64,000 nucleotides of DNA from Octopus sinensis (taxonomy: Eukaryota), in the NCBI RefSeq assembly GCF_006345805.1, contig NW_021834241.1, forward strand, positions 8,628-72,627, written 5' to 3'. Numbering within the stretch: position 1 is the stretch's first letter; every line of letters starts with the position of its first letter. The notes under the pieces are model-generated. The model was not told where the DNA came from. It searched no databases and was given only the letters and a program-made list of their open reading frames with translations. A program made the translations under genes and the position numbers. Positions 9,461-22,085 of the stretch are shown here, piece after piece.

Positions 9461-11072
9461 TCATCATCATCATCACATCATCGTTTAACGTCCGCTTTCC
9501 ATGCTAGCATGGGTGGGACGGTTCAACTGGGTGTGGGACCCGAAGCTGCACCCGGCCAGTCAGATGTGGCAGTGTTTCTACAGCTGGATGCCCTTCCTAA
9601 CGCCAACCACTCCGAGAGGGTAGTGGGTGATTTTATGTGCCACCGACACAGGTGCCAGACGAGGCTGGCAGACGGCCACGCTCGGATGGTGTTTTTTATA
9701 TGTGCCACCGACACAGGTGCCAGCGAGGCTGGCAGACGCCACGCTCGGATGGTGTTTTTTTATGTGCCACCGACACAGGTGCCAGACGAGGCTGGCAGAC
9801 GGCCACGCTCGGATGGTGTTTTTTGTGCCACCGACACAGGGCCAGACGAGGCTGGCAAACGGCCACGCTCGTATGTGTTTTCTTATGTGTCACCGACACA
9901 GGTGCTAGACTAGGCTGGCGGACGGCCACGCTCGGATGTTGTTTGTTAGTGCCCTCAGCACGGAGGCCAGTCATTGCGGTACTGGCTACGGTCACGTTCG
10001 GATGGTTTTCCTTATGTGCCACCGGCACTGGTACCACAAGGATACAATTCCATTGATGTTCATCTATTTTGATTTGGTTCGATTTGATTTGATACGATTC
10101 GATTCGATTCGATTCTCACTTGCCTCAACGGTCTTCACAAGTGTCACAAGAAGGAAGGTATGCACAGTGGACTGACTACTCCCAGGTAGGGGCCACGGAT
10201 TATGGCTTCACTAGTCTTGCCGGGTCTTCTCACGCACAGCATACTTCCATAGGTCTCGGTCTCTAGTCATTTCCATGGTGAGACCTAACTCCGAAGGTCG
10301 TGCTTCACCACCTCGTCCCAGGTTTTCCTGGGTCTACCTACTCTTCCACGGGTACCCTCAACTGCTAGGGATTGGCACTTTCTCACACACCTCTCTTCAT
10401 CCATTCTCGCCACATGACCATACCAGCGCAACGTCCTCTTGCACACAACAACTATGCTTCTTATTACAACATTTCTCTCAGGTACTAACGCTCTGTCGAG
10501 TAAGTACACTGACATTACACATCCATCGAGCATACTGGCTTCGTTCCTCACGAGCTTACGCATGTCCTCAGCAGTCACGGCCCATGTTTCACTGCCATGT
10601 AGCATAGCTGTTCGTACACATGCATCATACAGTCTGCCTTTACTCTGAGCGAGAGGCCTTTAGTCACCAGCAGAGGTAAGAGCTCCCTAAACTTTGGCCC
10701 AGGCTATTCTTATTCTAGCAGTTACACTTTCAGCGCACCCACCCACAACTACTGACTTGGTCACCTAGATAGCGGAAACTATCACTACTTCTAGTTTTTC
10801 CCCCCGGAAAGTGACAGAAGTTGTTTTCTGCAGATTTTCGGGGTCAGTGCTCCAGAGCACCTGCCACATACAAAAACTATCTTCCCAGTTAGCCTACCTT
10901 TGACATTGCTGCACTCTTATGTGTCCATAGCTTACACTGGTACATCTTATAGAGTTTCTACCTACACTTTTCTACAGATCGAACAGGGCCATCTTCCTGA
11001 TGATATTGTGGGTTTTCTACCTTTCTATTATTAGTACTTTGGTTTTAGCTAGGTTGCTCTAAGGCCCCTCGA
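9459..11072 (-). mobile_element. 5'-truncated RTE-clade LINE: degenerate RT C-terminus, long 3' UTR and (GAT)n tail
   Basis: Minus-strand reading gives NLAKTKVL, LEVVDSFRYLG, RIRIAWAKFRELLPLLVTK, AMLHGSETW, LRWYGHVARM and GRPRKTWDEVVKHDL, with frameshifts. The 3' UTR has a (GAATC)n-like tract, ~62-bp tandem units and a family B end. Confidence 0.9.
9636..10040. repeat. ~62-bp tandem repeat (5 good and ~2 degenerate units) in the RTE 3' UTR
   Basis: ATGTGCCACCGACACAGGTGCCAGACGAGGCTGGCAGACGGCCACGCTCGGATGGTGTTTTTT repeated head to tail. Confidence 0.9.
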
Positions 11073-11113
11073 TATATATATAATATATAATAATATATAT
11101 ATATATTAATATG

Positions 11114-11148
<35 letters not shown>

Positions 11149-11321
11149 CAGAAGAGAAAAGAGTAGACAGAGAGAGAAAGAAGAGAAAGAGAGAGACGAG
11201 AGAGAAAGAGAGAGAGAGAAGTGGAGAGCATATCTTTATAGATATATATATACATATTTATATATGTATACATTATATATATTCAGGTATAATAAATAAA
11301 AATGTGTGTGTGTGTATGTGG

Positions 11322-11361
<40 letters not shown>

Positions 11362-11646
11362 AGGTATTTAATATGGAATAAAAGAGACAAAAGTTGTAAC
11401 ATGGCCTGCAGGATTTGAACATCACATCTGTTATAAACCAAATAGCTGTGCTGAAACTACTACACCAAAGTGAGATCATGATACTTGGCTACCTAGATTT
11501 GTAAAATTCAATTAATTATCTACAGTAACATACTAATGTTCAGTCAATGAACATCTCAGTCCCCACAATATTTGAGGTAGAGTACTATATATACAAAGTT
11601 TACTAAGAAATATGTATATACACTTCAAGAAATGGAAAATGAGAAA

Positions 11647-12060
11647 TGTGGCTGTGTGATAAGTAGCTTGCTTACCAACCATATGGCTGCAGGTTCAGTC
11701 CCTCTGCATGGTACCTTGGCCAAGTGTCTTCTACTATAGCCTTGGGATGACCATAGCTTTGTGAGTGGATTTGGTAGACGGAAACTGAAAAAAGCCCTCG
11801 TGTATATATGTGTGTGTGTATGTGTGTGTGCGTGTATATATTTGCGTGTGTCTATATGTATGTGTGTCTGTGTTTGTCCCCCCACCATCACTTGACAACC
11901 GATGTTAGTGTGTTTAATTCCCCATAACTTGGTTCGGCAAAAAGAGACCAATAGAATAAGTACTAGGCTTACAAAGGATAAGTCCTGGAGTTGATTTGTT
12001 CAACTAATGGTGGTGCTCCAGCATGGCCACAGTCAAATGACTGAAACAAATAAAAGAATA
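11647..12060 (+). mobile_element. SINE family A (older, diverged)
   Basis: Head-to-tail match to the family with more substitutions. Confidence 0.85.
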
Positions 12061-12109
12061 CAAAAATTTTTTTTAATCATGGGATTAATGCAACTTACCA
12101 TTAATCCCT

Positions 12110-13710
12110 ACAGATATTAGAGGTGCTCAAAATGGTAGCCATTAGTGGCTTATTAGTATGGTGTACTACCATTTTGGTAAGATTAGCTAAAGTATCCAAT
12201 GAGATTGCTGCACATGTTGTTTCGATTTCTTTCCAAAGGGCCACCGGTGCAGCTGTTTTTCTGCAATACTTGACATCATTTATGGTTTCCCATAAATAAA
12301 AGTCTGCAGAGAACATGTGGGGGACGCAAATGCAACACTTCATCCTTTCCAGTGTTCTTGCAAATTCTCATGTAGCTAAACATGCATATTTTGGCAGGAG
12401 TGTGGCAGTGCACCATTTTGTTGAAAGAAAAATTCATCAATAACATAAAGTGCATGTTTGGTCATCCCAAGGCTATAGTAAAAGACTTTTGGCCACAGTA
12501 CCATGTAGAGGGACTGACCTGCAGCCATATGGTTGGTAAGCAAGCTACTTACCACACAGCCACACTTCTCATTTTCCATTTCTTGAAGTGTATAGCATAT
12601 CTGGTTTTGCTTGACCAGAGACAGTATCTTCAAAGAAAAATGGTCTTATTAAACAAACCTCTTGATGACATTCTACACCAGACGTTGACTGCCAGTAAAC
12701 TGACTGCTTTGTCCATATGCAGGCATGGATTTTCTGGTGCTCACTAAAAGCAGTCATGTCAGTTTAATGTTCCATTTAGCTTAAATTGTGCTTCATTAGA
12801 CTACACAATTGTCTTCACAAACTCTTCATCGTCGCCTACCATATATTGAAACCAATTGCGAAATTCAATTCTTTGATCAGGACCATCAACATTAAATGCA
12901 TGTAATGATCTCAGGATGTAAACTTTCTACTAATCTCTTTCAAGAATGCTCACTACGCTTGTGCTGTCTGCTCCTGTCTTGTGTGTACGTTGTGTGGTAG
13001 ACTTCTGTGGTGAATGCGTGAAATAGTCTCATACCATTGCCAAGTAAGGAGCACTTGTTACTGTATAAGGCCTGCTGGATTTTCCCTTCTGTACATCATG
13101 CTGTCATCACACTGTACCTTGTGTTTAGAACTAAGTATTTCCCCTGGCGTGATAACATTCTGACAGCTCGCCGCCTTTCAGTTTCTGCCTGCCTAATTTA
13201 CTTACAAATGTGTGGTCATCCCAAAGCTATAGTAGAAAACATTTGCACAAGGTACCATGCAATGAGACAGTGAATGCGACTGATCTTTGATATTTTATCT
13301 CTGAGCATGTTTCTGTGTTATTAGGCCTCTTCGGTGTATTTTATTTCATCGTCATGCAACATTTTCTTACAAAATATTTTCTGTAACACAATCACTAAAT
13401 TTGTTGGAGAATGGCTCAGTGGTTAGAGCGTTGAGCTTATAAGTGTGTGCATGTGTGTGTGTATACAAAGGACTCCACACAGTTTCCATCTACCAAATTC
13501 ACTCACAAGGCATTGGTCTACATCTACATGGGTCTTTTGTAGGAGTCCCTTCTGCACATCACGCTGTCATCACACTGTACCTTGTGTTTAGAACTTGTCA
13601 TGAATCTATGAAATTTTCAGATGTGTTGGAAGTTCTGTTCCAACTGAAGCCTCCATTGTTGTTCAACATTAATAACATTCTCAAGTTTGAATTATCACTT
13701 TAAAATGGTC
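12110..13710 (-). mobile_element. Degenerate Tc1/mariner transposon interrupted by SINE fragments and a 414-bp insertion
   Basis: Minus-strand motifs: IV*SNEAQFKLNGTLN, LIRPFFFEDTVSGQ, FFFQQNGALPH, DFYLWETINDVKY..WKEIETTCAAISLDTL. An N-terminal HTH-like part lies at 13600-13700. Confidence 0.85.
13133..13546 (-). other. Inverted copy of 24571-24995 flanked by a 49-bp direct repeat (13084-13132 / 13547-13595)
   Basis: The composite (SINE pieces plus unique sequence) matches the reverse complement of 24571-24995. The flanking repeats are 47/49 identical. Confidence 0.85.
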
Positions 13711-14111
13711 TTACATTTCATAAGTGATAACCATACCTCTGCCATTTTATCACAGTTGCCTACAACACCATCAAGAAGACATAAGTTACCAGCTTTTTAA
13801 TCTCAAAATAATGCCTGTTGACTATTTTACACATCAACAATTGTTCAAGGCAAACCTAACATTTTCAGTACTACAACTTACTAACTGTAAAAATTATAGT
13901 AAAATTAAGGAAATATTTTCCTAAAATTTTTGATTAAAATTTAAGAAAAACATTTTTTTTATAAAGCCAGCCATACTGAAAAGGGCCAAAACAGGTGAAA
14001 AGGTTAAAGGTAACTTGTATAAATACTGTGATATCTGCATAAATTTAGTATTATAATATTTCTACATGTTTTACTTTCCCTGGAGTGTGTATCTATTTTG
14101 GTGGGGAAACT

Positions 14112-14150
<39 letters not shown>

Positions 14151-14699
14151 GGTGTGTGTGTATATGTGTGTGTGTGTGTATGTGGAGAGAGAAGGAGAGA
14201 GTGTGTGTTTTGTGCGCATACATACATGTATTTATGTAAAAATGACAGAAAATAAATGGTATAACAGATTTGAAGAGCTGGAAGTGAGAAGAGGAACTGT
14301 TAGATGTAGTGCAGGTTAGTAGAGTTGGCCAGGTGGATATTGTCAATAACATCGGAGACATCATGAAAGCTCAAGAAGTTATGAGATACAGTAGAAGTAA
14401 ATTCAAAATTGAGGTGGAATGAATAGAAAGAATGAATACATATGTCAGTTGGCTGGTGACTGTGTTGTTGCACTATCAAATTATAGGTGTGTCAGAGATA
14501 GTATATTCACTAGCCAATGACCATACAGCTCTGAGATAGGTCTCATACTTGAGGCAAAAACTTGTTTCTGAATAAAGCTACAGAGAGATTTGCATAATTG
14601 GGGGCCATTTTAACACCCATAGCATCCCCACTGATCTAGTTGTAAAATTCACAGGGAAGAAAAAGCAATTAAGTATATGTGCTAAGTGGAGAAGTGTGA

Positions 14700-14900
14700 T
14701 ATAGTTGGGTATGGGCAGAAAGCAACAGTCTGGTAAGTGGCTAAGCACTTATTGGCTGTCACTGTCTGGATTACTGCAAAAAAAGATTTGATACCCTTAC
14801 TGAAAACGTGTTTCCAGGAGGAAATCGAATAAGTAGATAAGTTTTTGAGCATGGAAGTCATTTTTAATGTTTGTTGGTAAGGCTGCAATGAGAGGAGATA
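14700..14900 (+). mobile_element. Possible very degenerate Tx1/L1 LINE C-terminal fragment
   Basis: LLAVTVWITAKKDLIPLLKTCFQEEIE*VDKFLSMEVIFNVCW loosely parallels the Tx1-like end at 60290-60690. Confidence 0.3.
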
Positions 14901-15425
14901 ATAATGTGGATAGGAGATCGATTGAGCAGTTACCAACAGAGATGAAAGGGCAGCTAGGATTGACTTCGCATCATAGATATTTTTTTTAGATGTGTAATGT
15001 TCATGAGCAAGCTATTGAATGGTTATAAATGCCTGGACATCTTCCCTAAATTTTTTATCTTTGAAAAAATGCCTCTGTAAAAGTTCTTTGAAACTATGTA
15101 TTATTAAGCAAGTTATGAGGAATCAAGGTGAGATTTGGGTGTGGCACAAAACTGTAATTATGTCAGAATGATTATGAAAGTTTGGTAAACAAGAATGTCT
15201 TTATTTACTAATAAGTTACCGATGTTACAACAATGACAAAGAAAAGAAGCAAATATTTTAGAGCTGCAAAATACAATGATTTAAGAGATATGTTGCTGCT
15301 ATTTCTAGCATGTTGGGAATCAGTTGCAGAAAGGGAATTTGTAATAGCTGAATGTGGCACAATGTTTTCGAAAAGGAAACCTTAGCAATGGTTATCAAAC
15401 ATGCAAAATATAACGCAAAGAGTAT

Positions 15426-15804
15426 CTCTTTACTCTTTTTTTACTCTTTTACTTGTTTCAGTCATTTGACTGTGGCCATGCTGGAGCACCGCCTTTAGTC
15501 CAGCAAATCGACCCCGGGTCTTATTCTTTGTAAGCCCAGTACTTATTCTATCGGTCTCTTTTGTCGAACTGCTAAGTAACGGGGACGTAAACACACCAGC
15601 ATCAGTTGTCAAGCAATGCTAGGGAGACAAACACACACACACATACATATACATATATATACATATATACGACAGGCTTTTTTCAGTTTCCATCTACCAA
15701 ATCCACTCACAAGGCATTGGTCGGCCCGGGGCTATAGCAGAAGACTGAACCCGGAACCATGTGGTTGGTTAGCAAGCTACTTACCACACAGCCACTCCTG
15801 TGCC
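15426..15804 (-). mobile_element. SINE family A with internal deletion
   Basis: GCAGAAGAC is joined to TGAACCCGG, removing the CORE segment. Confidence 0.85.
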
Positions 15805-16094
15805 TATATTTACCTGGAGTATTAAATGTTCAGTGTAAGTCAAAATATGTAATAAGATATAGTATTGTATATTTTTATTATGTTCAGTGATCATGGAGAA
15901 GTTGTTGAACTTAAAAAAAATATACATTATCGTATTCAATAAAGTTAAATGCATTTAAAAAGATAAAGCAGTGAAAATGTAATTGCAATAGGTGACAATT
16001 ATTAAAAATAGACCAGAGAGATAAGCTAAGTAATTATTGGTAATGCTTCAGTAACTCAAACACGAAATTGAGAATAGTAACTAAAAAAGAAAAT

Positions 16095-16384
16095 ACATAC
16101 ATACACACACACACACATATGCACACACGCACACACACACATGGGCATACATACATACACATACATACATATATACATGCATACATACATACACACATAC
16201 ATACATGCATACGTACGTACATACAAACAATACATACAGACATACATACATACATATACACACACACATACATACATACATATATTCATACACACACACA
16301 TACATACATACCTACGTACATACATACATACATTCACACACACATACATACATACATACATACACACATACATACATACATACA

Positions 16385-16416
<32 letters not shown>

Positions 16417-16474
16417 CACATACACGCATACATACATACATACACACACATACATACATACATACATACATACA

Positions 16475-16503
<29 letters not shown>
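16095..16503. repeat. (TACA)n/(CA)n compound microsatellite
   Basis: Seen directly. Confidence 0.95.
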
Positions 16504-16506
<3 letters not shown>

Positions 16507-16725
16507 AAAGTCTGTGGTTGAAAAACAAAGGAAGAATAAATGTAGAAATGAAATACAGCAGAAATTTTCTATTCAAAATAGGAAGTTCAAGTTTTAAAAA
16601 AATGCGGGTTTCAAATCTCAATGAATGTGCATCAACAGAAGTTACAAATAGCCAAAATTGAAACCATGTTCTGCACATATACTGGAAGGTGTGATAGAGA
16701 ACAAAATTTTAAATCCACTACCCTG

Positions 16726-16760
<35 letters not shown>

Positions 16761-16761
<1 letters not shown>

Positions 16762-16915
16762 TTTATTTAAAGCAGCAAAATTCAACAAAACTGTTACTCT
16801 GATTTTTCCGTTGCCGTTCATCGGACAGTTTTTGCTAGAAAAAAATGTCCGATGAACGGCAACGGGAAACTCAGAGTAACAGGTTTTGTTGAATTTTCTG
16901 CTGCTTTAAATAAAG
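16761..16915. repeat. 155-bp hairpin (arms ~67-70 bp, 18-bp spacer) with a variant hammerhead-like motif
   Basis: CTTTATTTAAAGCAGC...TCATCGGACA / TGTCCGATGA...GCTGCTTTAAATAAAG. Confidence 0.9.
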
Positions 16916-17017
16916 CATATTACTCTACCACTGGTATTTGAGTACTCTTTTTTCCACCTTGTTTCACATTTATGTGTTTACTCCGGTATATATATATATA
17001 TATTATATATATATATA

Positions 17018-17380
17018 GGGGTGGCTGTGTGGTAAGTAGCTTGCTTACCAACCAAATGGTTCCGGGTTCAGTCCCTCTGCATGGCACCTTGGGCAAGTAT
17101 CTTCTACTATAGCCTCGGGCCGACCAAAGCCTTGAGAGTGGATTTGGTAGATGAAAACGGAAAGAAGCCCATTGTATATATGTATATATATATGTGTATG
17201 TATGTGTATATGTTTGTCCTCTCAATATCGCTTGACAACTGATAGTGGTGTGTTTATGCCCCTGTAACTTAGCAGTTTGGCATAAGAGACCAATAGAATA
17301 AGTACTAGGCTTCCAAAGAATAAGTGCTGGGGTCAATTTGCTCGACTAAAGGTGGTACTCTAGCATGGCCGCAATCAAAT
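17018..17380 (+). mobile_element. SINE family A
   Basis: Head to near the tail; the tail is replaced by (TA)n. Confidence 0.85.
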
Positions 17381-17738
17381 ATATATATATTATATATATA
17401 TATATATTATATATACATATATATGCATATGCATGTATACAAAAGTGTATATATGTGTATATATGTATGTATATTTTTAATTATATTTTATTATGCATTA
17501 GATTGAGCAAATCTTTAGCCTGGCTCAAGAGTCGTACAAAAGCTTCTCATTGCATCATCAATGACTCATTTTGATAATTATTTCTAGCAATGAATTGCTC
17601 ATATATGAGAAAGCAGTTACTTATATATATGTATATATATGTATGTAAGTATATGTGTGTATAATATCTATATATTTATATCAATCTATCTATCTACCTA
17701 TATATATATATTATATATATGTGAGTGTGTATGCATAT

Positions 17739-17793
<55 letters not shown>

Positions 17794-18787
17794 ATGAAAT
17801 TAATAAAGATCAGGAGAATGAAGATACACATCCATATATTATTATCACATGCACACATGTATGTATTCAGATGCACACACATATATTTACACACAATACA
17901 TACACACTTATATATATGTACGCATATATACATAATGAAAATAATGAGTTTTTCCCTGTTCCCTTATCACATGAGCCTTTCTACCCATTCTTGTTTCTAA
18001 ATATTACCAACTTACACACATTCACATATGCACACAGGCACACATACACACACTCCACATATACGTCACATATATATACACATATATATATATACACTCC
18101 ACACGTCACATATCCACATATATATATATATATATAATGCACTCCACACGTCACATATATAATTATATACGTATATATTTATATACATACATATCTGCGT
18201 ATATACACTCCCATACTCATACATATCTGTTCAGCTGCTGGCATATCTCATGTAATTAACGTACATCATATGTCTTCGTATCACTATAATATTTTTATTG
18301 GCTTTTAAATCAATCATTTCAATATTTCTTCAACATTTATAACAATATCATACATAGTGTAATTGGTTTTCATTTTCAATATTTGTTCTATCTGTCCAAT
18401 CAAAATTAGAATAATCACATTCATACGTAAGCAAATAACCCTTGAATGTTCACCTACCACATTTAATGTAGTTCTGTTAGTAAATTAATCTTGGGTTTAT
18501 TAAACAGTCATAGCTATGTGGTTAAAGAGTTGGGTAGGTTCATTGTGATTAGTGGTTCAATGCTGCTATGCTGCATGCTACAACTTGGGCAAATGTTCAT
18601 CTACCAGACTCAAATTAATCAACATTGTGTAAGAAACAGTGTGATAGCTCATCTCTTTTACATATATATATATATATATATATCTGTAAAATAATATGTG
18701 ACAATTATTCAATAGCCAAGATAAAACTCTGAGTTTTGGATGCCGAGGTGTGAAAACCACAACACCATCTCTTCGGTTATATATATA

Positions 18788-19171
18788 CTCTTTTTACTTG
18801 TTTCAGTCATTTGACTGCAGCCATGCTGGAGCACCACCTTTTGTTGAGAAAATCGACCCCAGGACTTATTCTTTTGGAAGCCTAGTACTTATTCTATTGG
18901 TCTCTTTTGCCAAACAGCTAAGGGACGCAAACACACCAGCATCGGTTGTGAAGCGGTGTTGGGAGACAAACACAGACACATAAACACACACACAAATATA
19001 TATACATATACATATATACGACAGGCTTCGTTCAGTTTCTGTCTACCGAATCCACTCACAAGGCATTGGTCGGCCCGGGGCTATAGCAGAAGACACTTGC
19101 CCAAGATGCCACACATTGGGACTGAACCCAGAACCATGTGGTTGAGAACAAAGCATTTAAACTACACAGCT
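18788..19171 (-). mobile_element. SINE family A
   Basis: Reverse complement of the family consensus. Confidence 0.85.
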
Positions 19172-19181
19172 ATACATATTG

Positions 19182-19254
<73 letters not shown>

Positions 19255-19394
19255 TACACATACATACATGTAAACCTAATTAGTAAATATGCAAATATGG
19301 CAACATGAGCCACTGCTCTCTAGATCAGCAAAAATGTTGAATGGCTTTGATCAATTGTTAGCCCTTGCTAGGGTTTCAACAGACGTGTCTATAA

Positions 19395-19679
19395 CAGTGG
19401 TTTCCAAAGTGGGTGCTACTGCCCAGCCTATGGGCAGTGAAATGATAGCATTGAAGAAAAGTGGGGCAATAAAGGGATGGCTAAAAGTGGGGGGGGGGGT
19501 GGATAGAAAAACAACAAAATAATGAGTTAATTAGATGAAGTTTCAGTTGTGAAATACTGTTGTTTTGAATTTGCTGCAGAAAGTGCTGAGTGGGTGGTGA
19601 GTGTGTGTGGTGGGTACTAAGAATACAACCTTAATGCCGAGGGGCCAGCAACTCCACCAAAACTGTTTGGGAAGCACAG
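19395..19679. mobile_element. hAT (Charlie-like) MITE
   Basis: Left TIR CAGTGGTTTCCAAA, right TTTGGGAAGCACAG, and 8-bp flanks GTCTATAA / GTCTATAT (7/8) typical of an hAT target-site duplication. Confidence 0.75.
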
Positions 19680-19823
19680 GTCTATATCATTTGATCAAAC
19701 CTAGAGAAATAAGCAGCCCCTCTTTTCATATACACAACAAACCCTGTTGCTTAAGAGAACTGCAGCTTGTAATTTGCATACCATAAATGTTTAACACTTT
19801 AACATGAGCAGCCTGTTTTAACA

Positions 19824-20229
19824 GCAGGAGAGTGGCTGTGTGGTAAGTAGCTTGCTAACCAACCACATGGTTCCGGGTTCAGTCCCACTGCGTGGCACCT
19901 TGGGCAAGTGTCTTCTACTATAGGCCTCGGGCCGACCAAAGCCTTGTGAGTGGATTTGGTAGACGGAAACTGAAAGAAGCCCGTCGTATATATGTGTATA
20001 TATATATATGCATGTGTGTGTGTTTGTGTGTCTGTGTTTGTCCCCCTAGCATTCCTTGAAAACCGATGCTGGTGTGTTACTTAGCGGTTCGGCAAAAGAA
20101 ACCAATAGAATAAGTACTGGGCTTACAAAAGAACAAGTCCCGGTGTCGAGTTGCTCGATTAAAGGTGGTGCTCCAGCATGACCGCAGTCAAATGACTGAA
20201 ACAAGTAAAAGAGTAAAAGAGTAAAAGAG
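19824..20229 (+). mobile_element. SINE family A, full length
   Basis: Head to (AGTAAAAG)3 tail. Confidence 0.9.
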
Positions 20230-20437
20230 CCTGTCTACAGGGATCCAAGTCCAAACAGTATAAAGGTATAATACACTATATGTAAAGTACTATATGGTAG
20301 TTACACAAACCTGGCAAATTTAACTATTCCACCATAGGTTGAAAATATGATGAATGGCCTTAATTGATTTTCGGTCCTTATTGAGGTCTCATCAGAGGTG
20401 TCTACCTTACTTGACCAATCTCTGGGAAATAAGTGGT

Positions 20438-20473
<36 letters not shown>

Positions 20474-20782
20474 CACATACACACAGTGTGTGTGTGTTTG
20501 TATGTGTGTGTATATGTGTGCGTCTGTGTCCATGCCTGCGTGTAAGTAGAAAGAGAGTGAGAGAGAGGAAGAGAGAGGAGAGAAAGAAGAGAGAGAGACA
20601 AAGAAGAGAGAGAGAGAGACGAGAGAAAGAGAGCGAGGGGTAAACATATGAACAAACTGACAGATAGATAAATTGATAAAGAAGCAGACAGAAGGATTCA
20701 AAGTGAATATATACTGATTAAAGTAAGGATCTTCCTTTAAAAGGGATAGTCAACAGGAATTGCATCTATTATTTCAAGCATA

Positions 20783-21194
20783 CTCTTTTACTCTTTTATG
20801 TGTTTCAGTCATTTGACTGCGGCCATGCTGGAGCACCGCCTTTAATCGAGCAACTCGACCCCGGGACTTATTCTTTTGTAAGCCCAGTACTTATTCTATC
20901 GGTCTCTTTTGCCGAACCGCTTAGTGACGGGGATGTAAACACACCAGCATCGGTTGTCAAGCAATGCTAGGGGGACAAACAAAGACACACAAACATACAC
21001 ACATACATATATATATACATATACATATATACGACGGGCTTCTTTCAGTTTCCGTCTACCAAATCCACTCACAAGGCTTTGGTCGGCCCGAGGCTATAGC
21101 AGAAGACACTTGCCCAAGGTGCCACGCAGTGGGACTGAACCCAGAACCATGTGGTTGGTAAACAAGCTACTTACCACACAGTCACTCCTGTGCC
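20783..21194 (-). mobile_element. SINE family A, full length
   Basis: Reverse complement of the consensus; tail-to-tail with 19824-20229. Confidence 0.9.
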
Positions 21195-21302
21195 TGCATA
21201 GTAAATAATTCGAAATAATGTATGTCATTTGGTGGGCTTTATATAAATTTGTATGTGCAATGCTAATTGCTTCCATAAAGGAGAACGCAGGTGAAACGTA
21301 CA

Positions 21303-21374
<72 letters not shown>

Positions 21375-21689
21375 GGCAGAGAGAATGATTGGGATTTAAA
21401 AGGCAAAATCTGATGTGTGAAGAAAACATGACAGCATCACTGGACATATGTTGGCAGATGGATAATTAGTGCTGGAGAGGGAAAAAAAAAAAAAAATCTT
21501 GTGTGTTGATGTATGCTGATAGTGAAAGAAAGATACACGTGGTAGTAAAAGATGGTGGTGGGGGGGGGGGATGGGGAAGATGGAAGAATATTCCTCAGGT
21601 CACTTCTGAAGCTGTTGGACTTCATGGCAGACCAGTTTAATTCATTGCAGCATCGAAAAAGAAAAAAAAAAATGAAAACTGATGTTTAT

Positions 21690-21751
21690 ATGATGATGAT
21701 AATGATAATGATGGCAGTGGTGATAGTTTTTGGTGATGATGTTGATGATGG

Positions 21752-21806
<55 letters not shown>

Positions 21807-21810
21807 AAAA
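21690..21810. repeat. (GAT)n microsatellite
   Basis: Seen directly. Confidence 0.9.
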
Positions 21811-22085
21811 ATGATTCTTGCCATTATCACCATTGTGGTATAACTATAGAATTTCATTCCAAACTTAATGCATCCACAATACACATCTCTTGAAAAAAAA
21901 ATAAACACTGTTTATGTTAGAAGTTTACTATCATGCCATGTTCTTGCACGTTTGAACCTACTTTGTAGCATCTTGGACTAGTGCCTTCTCTTCATAGCCA
22001 ATCCTTGGATTGACCAAGACCATGTGAGTGGAATCTAGGTGTCAGAAACAATGCCACAATATACCATACATGCATATATATATAA

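Noticed and set aside
9636-9960. Regular ~62-bp repeats resembling a CRISPR array
   Set aside because: The units are head-to-tail with no unique spacers, there are no cas genes, the context is eukaryotic, and the array lies in a LINE 3' UTR.
16034-16678. Overlapping His/Thr/Tyr/Ile- and Met/Tyr/Val/Cys-rich ORFs (also 22285-22865, 48796-49473, 57392-58116)
   Set aside because: These are translations of (TACA)n, (CA)n and (TA)n microsatellites.
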